In this document: positions 10,870-20,022 of the stretch, piece by piece
How positions within the stretch are numbered: the first letter of the stretch is position 1
Layout: every line of letters begins with the position of its first letter
NCBI GenBank assembly: GCA_020184695.1
Contig: JAANOX010000238.1
Location: 186,001 to 250,000 of the forward strand
Direction of reading: 5' to 3'
DNA from: Histomonas meleagridis 2922-C6/04-290x
Lineage: Eukaryota > Protista > Parabasalia
Length of the DNA: 64,000 nucleotides
Translations under genes and position numbers: made by a program
The notes under the pieces: generated by a model
The model's input: the letters and a program-made list of their open reading frames with translations, nothing else
Databases searched by the model: none
What the model was told of the DNA's origin: nothing

Positions 10870-11211
10870 TTAATAAATTAATAATAATTCTAACATAAAA
10901 TATTCTGGTTCAATTTCTTTACCATTCATTTCTTTAAACCATATTTTAAAATTTGGTTTTCTACTTTTATATTCATATTTCTTATATTTAGTTCTATTTT
11001 CATTCGTATAAATACAAAAATAATCTTCATAATGATCACGTTCAATGAAATCAGCATGCATTGAAACATCAGATACTAAATAATCCTTAAATTTACACTT
11101 ACATTGTTGTACTACTATATATCTAGGATTTTGAGAATCCACAAATTCAGGCGGAAAACGGTTTTCTTTTTGGGAAGTACAAAAATACGTTTTAATCACT
11201 GGTTTAAGCAT
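10870..11211 (-). CDS. Small beta-rich viral protein, possible minor capsid/penton-like
   Basis: 113 aa; C-terminus KIWFKEMNGKEIEPEYFMLELLLIY resembles the terminal strands of single jelly-roll minor capsids; a homologous relic lies at 19636-19790. Confidence 0.4.
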   Translation of the reverse strand: MLKPVIKTYFCTSQKENRFPPEFVDSQNPRYIVVQQCKCKFKDYLVSDVSMHADFIERDHYEDYFCIYTNENRTKYKKYEYKSRKPNFKIWFKEMNGKEIEPEYFMLELLLIY

Positions 11212-11348
11212 TTATAAAAATAAAGGTTGTGATGAGACCAAACAATAACCGTCGCTTTTTGACTACTAACCTCCGATCAAAGATAAATTAAATAGGATAA
11301 ATGTCCGACCAAAGATAATCGGGGACAATTCGTGTTGGTAATGTGATG

Positions 11349-11405
11349 TTTTTGATAGGTTTATGCGAAAAGTGGTGCTAAAAGTGCTATCGTTCCTATC
11401 AAAAA
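11349..11405. promoter_or_regulatory. Conserved non-coding inverted repeat at the virus right end
   Basis: TTTTTGATAGG (11349-11359) and CCTATCAAAAA (11395-11405); homologous pair at 19410-19465. Function unknown. Confidence 0.5.
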
Positions 11406-11463
11406 GTTTCGCGTTCGATCAAAATTGAATGTGTATTCAAATTTTCAGACTAATTGTATGGCT

Positions 11464-11549
11464 TACAAAAATCATTTTGATTTTTGTAGCGAGCGGAGCG
11501 AGCACACTCTGGGGATTGGAGGGGTCTGAGGCCTCCAATCCCCCGAGTG
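11464..11549. repeat. Two adjacent hairpins flanking a GAGC-like repeat
   Basis: TACAAAAATCA-ttt-TGATTTTTGTA (11464-11488, perfect 11 bp); GCGAGCGGAGCGAGC; CACTCTGGGGATTGGAGG-9 nt-CCTCCAATCCCCCGAGTG (11505-11549, 18 bp with one mismatch). Confidence 0.85.
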
Positions 11550-11898
11550 AAAACTTAAGGTCGGGACTGATCACGAGGACCCTAGGGGCCCCGCCCCCCA
11601 GTACACTATATACTGATCACCTGTCTACGCCTATTTATAAAAAAAGTGCTCCGCGGAGTCGGGCTACGGCAGGTTTGTGATAAATGCACTCATTCGCCAT
11701 TAGGGCTCTCTTTGGGGGAGGGGGTACCTTGGTTTAAAGAAAAAGAAAAAAAGAAAAAAGTTCTCAATTGCCCATAGAGTGAACAAACTTTGTTATTATC
11801 ACTTATGTGCTGAGTCGAAAAGAGAAAAAAATTAACCAGAAAAACCGATAGAAAAAAGAAAATATCTTAAAATCAATTGAATGGTTTAATTTTTACAA

Positions 11899-12544
11899 TT
11901 AAAAATTAAATAAATAATTAGAATTAGGAACATATATATTACTAGGTGCAGCAACACTAAAATTAGTATCTTGTGAAATAAATATAATAGAATTAGTAGT
12001 AGTTGCAAATGATACAATACAATCATCATTGTCTGGTTGAGTTGTATCAAAATCATATAAATATATATAAATAATAATACATAGGACCTGCTTGAGATAC
12101 TTGACCTTGTTTAATAAAATTAACACGTATAAGAGTATAAATATCATTAGGAGAATTGGGTTGGATACAAATAAAGACATAATAATGAGTACCATCGAAT
12201 GTCTGATTTAAACCATTAGAATAAGTAAATTGAGTTAAGGGAATAACATTAGAATTATCAGAACCAATAATAACTGATGAAATTGGTATAAATACCTTAA
12301 TAGTAGATCCAATTTCATATGCAACACGTTTAGTACTAGTACCACCAGGATAATAAACAATGTCTTCTTGAATAGTATAATCAGGAATTTTACCATTGTT
12401 CTTAAGAACATCGTATGCTCTATCTAAATCATACTTAGTCATAGGAGGATTAAGAGGGGGCACCAACTTACGTTGTAACACACGTCCCTTATTACGTGAA
12501 TAATAAGATTCACTAATAGGTCCAATGCGATGAGGATCAAACAT
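11899..12544 (-). pseudogene. CRESS-virus accessory ORF downstream of capsid, frameshifted
   Basis: ORF 12053-12544 (MFDPHRIGPISESYYSRNKGR...) continues in another frame (YDFDTTQPDNDD...NYLFNF*) after a TA-run near 12060. Confidence 0.5.
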
Positions 12545-12570
12545 AAAAATAACAGTGGGAAAATTTTTTA

Positions 12571-13082
12571 TTAATAAGTGATAGCATAATTTAATTGAAC
12601 CCCTAAGAATTTATCATCAATAACAGTGCCGGGCATAGAATCTTTAAACATAAAGCGATATCATCACCAGAATTCAAATTACGTGCTAAGCGAGTACGAA
12701 ATACTTGAGTTTGCTGGGCATTGGGAGTAAGGTACCCTGACATAATAACATTTCGATTAGGTTTATATAATGATACAGGGGCAGCAGGGGTACCAAGTGA
12801 CATCGGTTGTACAGCAGTACCATCAGGAACATAAACTAGAGCTTATAATATCGGTATATCAACATCAGTAATCATTTTTAAAGTAAAATTCTTTACTTTA
12901 CGCATACATTGAGTAGCAACGGCACTAATCAAGGTTGTATTTACTTGATCACCAACAGCAGAATCTCCAGAACCGGTATTGAATGTGATATTCCCAGAAC
13001 AGTTGAAAGTCTCATTAGAATACTTTACAGTCTTCAATGGACGTCCACGTGAATAACTACGTCTACGTAACCTACGAGGCAT
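12571..13082 (-). pseudogene. CRESS-DNA virus capsid protein
   Basis: MPRRLRRRSYSRGRPLKTVKYSNETF...MRKVKNFTL...PIL*ALVYVPDG...LYKPNRNVIMSG...FRTRLARNLNSGD; after a frameshift ...GVQLNYAITY*. About 170 aa, with one in-frame TAA (12843-12845). Confidence 0.8.
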
Positions 13083-13095
13083 AACAATAAAAAAT

Positions 13096-13455
13096 TTAAT
13101 GTTGTGGGAGATTTATTAATTGAGGGTGAATAAGATATGAAGGAACATCCTTACGGCGACGATCATAACGGATGGCACCTATCGAGACTATTGGAAGTAC
13201 AATAACCCAATTCTCAACCAACTGAGGATTCTCCTTAATAAAGCCCTTAAGTAGGTCAACGTTGCTGAAATATATGGATTTAACTTGACCTTCATTGTCC
13301 GGCATAAGGCATGGAGCAGGGGGAGTAAAAACTGGTGGAGGGATCTGATACGGTTTTTCATCGTCTTCCGAATGTATTGATTCAGGACAAACATTAGAAA
13401 AATCAAAATCATTGTCGCTAAAGCCAAAATTTTCAAAAGAATCATCATATTCCAT
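13096..13455 (-). CDS. CRESS-virus accessory ORF upstream of capsid
   Basis: 119-aa intact ORF with acidic N-terminus and Pro-rich centre; ends 13 nt before the capsid ATG. Confidence 0.55.
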   Translation of the reverse strand: MEYDDSFENFGFSDNDFDFSNVCPESIHSEDDEKPYQIPPPVFTPPAPCLMPDNEGQVKSIYFSNVDLLKGFIKENPQLVENWVIVLPIVSIGAIRYDRRRKDVPSYLIHPQLINLPQH

Positions 13456-13609
13456 TGGACAAAAAAATAAAAATGATATTCCCGCATAGTGTCAAGTAGG
13501 AACTTGCTTGTGACATTTGATATGAAATATCTTTGATATTTATCATTATCAATTGAATACTTTATTTAAAATAGTGGTGGCATTAATAAATTTAGATAAA
13601 AATGCCAAA

Positions 13610-14311
13610 TTATCGAAATAAATGCCAAAATATGTCAGGACCCTCAATCATACCTGTATTGATTATGCAATCATTAATGTATACATCAGAGTTGACATTA
13701 CTCTGGATAGCAATTAATGGTGTTTTGTACTCATAGTTGATTCCACCAAACATTAAAACTTTGGGGGTGAACTTTCTATGATGATTAATAATATCATCAC
13801 AGTCTTCCCCTCGCCTTCTCCAAAGCCACCTATGGCTATCGCTTAAATAAATATAAGATTCATCAACAAACAATACTTTTTTCCAATCAGTTTAATTTTG
13901 GATATGAAATTGAGCAAAATTTATTCGATCTTGCTTTTGAGAATCAGTTAGAAAAAAGGTATTGCGAAGTGGAAGATAGCCGAATTATTGGCTCTTCCGA
14001 ATGTTGTATACAGTCCCATGGCTAATAGGACTTGTTTCTGAAAGGATATTGGAAATTGTTCTTGTTCCCCCCATTCTTCTATTATTTAGCGTCATGCTGT
14101 TGACTCTATCGATAGTGGCATCATTTACAATAGATGGTCTTCCAATTGCAGTAAATACAGTTTTATTGTTTGAATCATTTCTAACTTTTCTCACAAATTT
14201 TCGACAATGCCCAGTTTCCCTGAAAATTTGAGTATTGTTTTTTCCTTGGGATATCAGCTGAATGATTTCCAAACGATTCTTCATCATAGATTCTGACATC
14301 TTGTATTCCAT
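13610..14311 (-). mobile_element. Tc1/mariner (IS630-Tc1) transposase relic
   Basis: N-terminal HTH with GRP motif, QKQDRINFAQFH, DWKKVLFVDESY (first catalytic D), KVLMFGGI; in-frame stops; truncated before the second D. Confidence 0.8.
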
Positions 14312-14710
14312 GATTTATAAAATAAACGGTACCCTTTCAAATTGGTGGAACAACCTTTTTGATCGAGCTTTAGAAAGTCAACAATTCTTATATAAAAATT
14401 TGATTATTTCTAATATACAAAATAATATATAATGGAATAAATAAAACTTTTAAAATCATGTGCGTGAACCAATTTTATATGAAGATATATTTGTTTTATT
14501 TATAAATGTCAAATCTTTAAATAAAAATTTTTGTCTTATAAAGATATAAGAATATTATCTACTGTTATTATTAATCTTTGCTATATATATTATAAGGATT
14601 AATATAATGAAAACAACGAGATAATTATATTCTATTTGGTGTCAAACGACCGTTCAGAGAATAGGATCCGTTTGTTTCATTTTTTTATAGCTTTTATTAC
14701 GCTAAAGCAC

Positions 14711-17060
14711 ATGCTTAATGATGATACTGCCATAAACACAGGAGATAAATAATTGGGTGATCTGTCAACTAGCTTGAAATTCCTAATCGAGCTTGAGAAA
14801 ACTATATTCGGTTTAACCGAAGAAAACTGCGAGGCATCAGTTAAAAAAATATTGGAATTATTCGATTCAAATTTTCCAAATACATTTAATTTTATCATAA
14901 TAAACATAATTTATAATGCATTTTCGTCAAGAAAACAAGTATTCGATATTAACTTAAATTTTTTAAAGACACTTCAAATGAAAGAAGAAGAAATTAATCA
15001 AAATATCGTTAAATTAATACCAATTTTTATCAAACGTATATCTACAACAAACACACAAGAATCATATTATTTAATCGTACAAATGATTAAACAAAATTTA
15101 ATTGATAAAAATATCACAAAAAATATTAATTCAAAATATTTTTCTCATTATAAAACAAAAGAAGAAAACCAAAGCCAAAATCATTTTGTATTTGGGTCTA
15201 ATGGAAATGATACAGTAGAAAAATCCTTTATGGATCATTATGAAGAACTTTCAGAGAATGATTGGGAACTTCATAATAAATATATTAAAGAAGGAGTTAA
15301 TCTGAATGAAATTGCAAAAATAATTCGAAATGATGAAATAGAAAAACTTCAAGAAATATCATCACAAGCAAACTTTGATTTTAATCAGACAATTGAACCA
15401 TCACTTTATGAAAGATGTTCATTTATTAATCAAAAGAATGTTACATTAATTGATTATTCAGCATTTTTTTCTTCTATTAAATGTTTTAAATATTTACTTA
15501 TGAATGGTGCAAAAGTAGAAAACACAGGTAAATATGCAGTTGCAGGTGGAAATGAAGAAATCATTCATTTGTGTGAACAAAATCATTCGACATTTGAAGA
15601 TGCATATGAAGCTGCAATTGAATTTCATCAAAATGATATATTTAAATATATTTATTAAAATAAATTAGAAAAAACACAATCAATTCCAAAAATGTCTAAA
15701 GTCACACATTAAAAAAGATAATTATGAAATTTTAGCATTTTTGGTAGATAAAGGAGTTAATGTTAATGCTGATAATATAAACGAATCAGCAATAAAGATG
15801 GAAATTTATATCTCGTTAAATACTTCCTTCAAAATAACCAAATTCCGGAAAATATTTTTCCATTTGCTTCAGAATCAGAAAATATTGAACTTGTGAAATA
15901 TGTTTTAGAACAAAAAGGAATTGATGTTAATGCAAAAACCATTCATTTGAATAATTTTGGATTTATTTTTATAATTTATAACATGTTTTAATAATTTGAA
16001 ATATGTTTTAATAATTTGAAATATGTTCTAATAATTTATAATATGTTTTAATAATTTATAATATGTTTTAATAATTTATAATATGTTTTAATAATTTTGG
16101 ATATGTTTAAATAATTTGAAACAGCACTTCATATAGCAGTTAGAAACAATAATATAGAAATAGTAAAATTACTTTTAGATAAAGGAATTGATGTGAATGC
16201 AAAAACTATTCATTTGAATAATTTGATATATGTTTTAATAATTTATAATATGTTTTAATAATTTATAATATGTTTTAATAATTTGGAATATGTTTTAATA
16301 ATTTTGGATATGTTTAAATAATTTGAAACAGCACTTCATATAGCAGTTAAAAATAATAATATAGAAATAGTAAAATTACTTTTAGATAAAGAAGGAATTG
16401 ATGTTAATGCAAAAAATATTTATTTGAATAATTTGATATATGTTTTAATAATTTGAAACAGTACTTCATATAACAGTCAAAAACAACAATAGAGAAATAG
16501 TGAAATTACTTTTAGATAAAGGAATTGATGTTAATGCAAAATATATTCATTTGAATAATTTTATATATGTTTTAATAATTTGAAATATGTTTTAATAATT
16601 TATAATATGTTTTAATAATTTATAATATGTTTTAATAATTTATAATATGTTTTAATAATTTATAATATGTTTTAATAATTTTGGATATGTTTAAATAATT
16701 TGAAACAGCACTTCATATAGCAGTTAGAAACAATAATATAGAAATAGTAAAATTACTTTTAGATAAAGGAATTGATGTTAATGCAAAATATATTCATTTG
16801 AATAATTTTATATATGTTTTAATAATTTGGAATATGTTTTAATAATTTGGAATATGTTTTAATAATTTGAAACAGCACTTCAAATTGCACAATAATTAGG
16901 TTACATAGAAATAATAAATTTACTCCTTGAAAAAAGTACAAACGAAAATTCTAATTCAGATTCCTCTTCTACAAATATCAAATCTTCACTTTCAAGAAAT
17001 AGAAATGAAGCGTATATTGCTAATAATCAAAATCAACTCAAAGATGTAATGTTCGTATAA
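14711..17060 (+). pseudogene. DUF3447-type ankyrin-repeat gene, disrupted, with repeat inserts
   Basis: ATG 14711, in-frame TAA at 14750-14752 and 15656-15658; IIRNDEIEKLQ...TLIDYSAFFSSIKCFKYLL...AVAGGNEEIIHLC; then five TALHIAVxNNNIEIVKLLLDKGIDVNAK-type ankyrin units. Confidence 0.8.
15951..16871 (+). repeat. 20-nt tandem unit (ATAATTTATAATATGTTTTA) arrays inside ankyrin linkers
   Basis: Five arrays of 8, 5, 1, 7 and 3 units, each between GCAAAA..ATTYATTTGA and ATAATTTGAAACAG(C/T)ACTT. Confidence 0.9.
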
Positions 17061-18232
17061 AACAATCGAAATCATTGTCTCAAAACAAAAGTTGATATTA
17101 ACATACAAACATATGAAAATCATCAAAATAGCAATATACATTATCCATTTTACCTATTAAAAAACGTGTTGGCAAAGCAAAATTTAAATACATAAATACA
17201 ATAATATTATAAATTACACTATAAGAAAAACTTCAAAAAATTGTTGGAAACAACATGATGATATCATACAGCATTTCTATAAGAATCTATTCGATTTCAT
17301 TGATTTTTACATCTACAATTGTTCTAGCTGAGCTAGCCAAAGTCCGGCCTTCTTTCATTAAAGCAACAAATTCATGCAATCCGTACTCCTCGTTTTCCAA
17401 GGTCTACATTTCATACATTAAATTTATGAACAAATTTCTTCGTATATTTCAAAAAGAATAAACAAAGAAAAAAATATTTTCAATGACCAAAAGCAAAAAT
17501 TAAGAAACAAATATTTTTATCAACCGAAGATCTTCTGAAAATTCTTGCTTCTATTCGAATAATAAATGCATCAACGAGTTCCCAATTTGCAATGATTGTT
17601 ATATACTTTTAAAATCAATTAAAGCAAATAAGAAACATTAAAAAGCACATTTTAATTATGTATCAAAAACAAAAAATAAAACATTCTAAAAAAATAAAAT
17701 CATATAAACAAGAAATTTTCACATTAAAAAATGATATCAGTTTACTTCAAAAGAATAATCAAATTACTAAAGAAATTATATTCCATAAAATTAAATAAAA
17801 TAACAATGTTAGTTTTTGCGTTCAAATTTTTTGAAACTATTACCACTAAAAAAATAAGTTTATGCCAAATTAGAGTATATAAATAAAAAATATTATTAAG
17901 TTTTCATCTGATGGTATCAAAAGATTTCATAAATTCAAAAATTTTAATGTGATCATCCCTTTTAATTATATATTTTACATCATCTGACTGATTTTTTGCG
18001 AGAATACCCCTACGATGTTATAAAAATATTACGTACTTGCGATTATTAAGAAGAAAAAATTATTAAAATTTTTTCCCTCTTATTTTTGTTTTTTAATACT
18101 TCATAAGATCATTATTTTGGATATTTTGAATGCAATATGATCGTTATAGAACTGAGCTCGGTCATAAAATTTGAATATATTGATAAATAAAACAAATGAA
18201 ACACAAAACACATCCAATTTTAGATCTATTTT

Positions 18233-19207
18233 TTATTCAAAGTAGATATTCCACGCATCTATAATAGAAGAATCATGGATTTGGTTCCACGATTTGATCA
18301 TGTCTTGACAAGCATTCAGCTCAACAACTAGCCCTTTTGATTCTTTTACCCTTAGGCGATGATATCTTTTGGCATGCGCTTTGACTATACCAAATATTTT
18401 TCGATCCAAAAGTTGAAAAGCATCTGTCGTTCCCGGTGGGATAAAGCGCCAATAAGGACTTATGTCACCGATCTGCGAATCTTCAACTCTCTCAGTTTTA
18501 CAACGCCCTACGAACATTAATGGTAGTTTCTGCCCGTCTGCAGTTATACTTGCCAAAACAGTGATGTTGTCTTTTTCCTTTTTACGAATTAAAGTTTTAA
18601 TATTGTCTTCCCCAATTATAGCCCAGGTTAATAAACTTTTGGGATAAAGGCAATAAGAAGTTTCGTCGCAATTGATTATTCGATAAATGTGGTACAGTTG
18701 TTAACAAATTAGTAATTTCATTTATCCACATTATTTTTTGTTCTGTTGTGACATTTGGTCTTCTTTTATAATGAAACTTCTTAGATGTGAATTTATGTTG
18801 TTTTTAAAATCAGAAATAAACCCATTTGAACAATTAAACTGTTTAATATTTTCATGTATGCTCATATAAAATTCTATAGCTATTTCTTTAATATCATCGT
18901 TAGTAAAGAGATTTCCTTCATCAATAACACTAGATATATAATCAGCTAACTCATTTTCTTCGTCTTCAGTAAAAATTCTTCTATCTTGGTTTTTGTAATT
19001 ATTTTGAGGTGACGAGTAAGGGTCATTTCTGTAGCAATTTCTCCAGGTATAAAGTGTTAACTTTGGAATATATGTTCGAATACTAATTGATGGTATTTTC
19101 TTCTCATTTTGGAACTCTTGACCAATTAGCATCCATATATCGTTTGTAATAAGACAGTGATGATTTCGATAAGGGTTTCTGAAATAAAGCTTTAATAATC
19201 TTTTCAT
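18233..19207 (-). mobile_element. Pogo/Tc5-like (CENP-B HTH + DDE_1) transposase relic
   Basis: IFTEDEENEL...FNCSNGFISDFK (HTH), IINCDETS, ITVLASITADGQKLP, IPPGTTDAFQLLDRKIFG; stops and an internal deletion. Confidence 0.8.
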
Positions 19208-19404
19208 AATTTTTTCATTGTTTTTGTCATAATGGTAATTACCATTGAAAACAAAAAGATTTAACTCAAATTTAATAATGTTTACAAAAGTTATAGTTTA
19301 ATGAAGTATTTGAATATGGTAAAAAATTACGAAATGGAGCGACTGATAAATAATTGTTGTGAGTCATTTCGGAATGTTGTTCGTTTGAAATATTGAATAA
19401 TTGG

Positions 19405-20022
19405 GAAACTTTTTGATAACAGTGATAGCACTTTTATGTCGCTTTTCATATAAACTTATCAAAAACATTGCCTAACCAGCACAAATTGTCTTTTCACCTG
19501 ACCATTTATTTTATTCAATATTTCATTAGTGTGTCCACTACAATAAAAATTCTAGAGCGATCGAATACTTCATAGTATAGAAAAAGTTCAAACGCTCAAA
19601 TACCATTGACAAAAAATTTTAATTGATTTTTTTTGATGAACGAACCAGTAACTAAAACATATTTTTGTACTTTTGTAAAAGAAAGAAAACCGTTCACCTC
19701 TCGAATTTGTTGATTTCCAAAATTCTAGATATATTGTTGTTCGACAATGTAAATGTAAGTTCAAAGATTATTTAGTGTCTGATGTTTCAATCATATCAAT
19801 GTTTATTTAATAACCATCTTTGGTTCCATTGGCATGATATTTCAATTAGTTATGTAAATCTAATGTGAAATAAGTATCACAACAAATGAATAATTGAGGA
19901 GGTGGTGGATGATTTCCAGCATTATCTACATTATAATAAGTATCATTAGCTTGTGTATGAATTGGTTGTCCTTTAATTTGCATTGGTATATTTTGACCAT
20001 TAGAATCTAAACCATCATAACC
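19405..20022. mobile_element. Inverted, internally deleted relic of a related Maverick-like virus
   Basis: 19405-19490 resembles the reverse complement of about 11320-11412; 19636-19790 encodes MNEPVTKTYFCT...RYIVVRQCKCKFKDYLVSDVS (homologue of 10870-11211); 19807-20022 on the minus strand encodes the capsid C-terminus (GYDGLDSNGQNIP...HPPPPQLFIC). Confidence 0.85.

Larger units (their letters stand above)
1..11420. mobile_element. Decayed endogenous Maverick/Polinton-like dsDNA virus (left end outside the window)
   Basis: Dense block of short-spaced ORFs that includes an rve-type integrase, an A32-like ATPase, a 542-codon beta-rich probable major capsid and a phage-like fibre; multiple stops and frameshifts. 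No pPolB or protease recognised in the window. Right boundary is approximate. Confidence 0.8.
11460..13460 (-). mobile_element. Endogenous CRESS ssDNA-virus element (kirkovirus-like capsid cassette, no Rep)
   Basis: Three tightly packed minus-strand ORFs, including an Arg-rich capsid, followed by a GC-rich non-coding region with hairpins; composition differs from the flanks. Confidence 0.75.

Noticed and set aside
11429-11680. 83-aa plus-strand ORF
   Set aside because: Starts at a non-ATG codon, overlies the hairpin region and has no recognisable motif; likely a by-product of local GC richness.
11460-14400. A CRESS Rep gene next to the capsid cassette
   Set aside because: No HUH motifs or SF3 helicase Walker motifs found in any listed ORF; the adjacent ORFs are Tc1 transposase fragments.
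15951-16871. Repeat/ankyrin alternation read as a CRISPR array
   Set aside because: The intervening segments are near-identical ankyrin coding units, not unique spacers.
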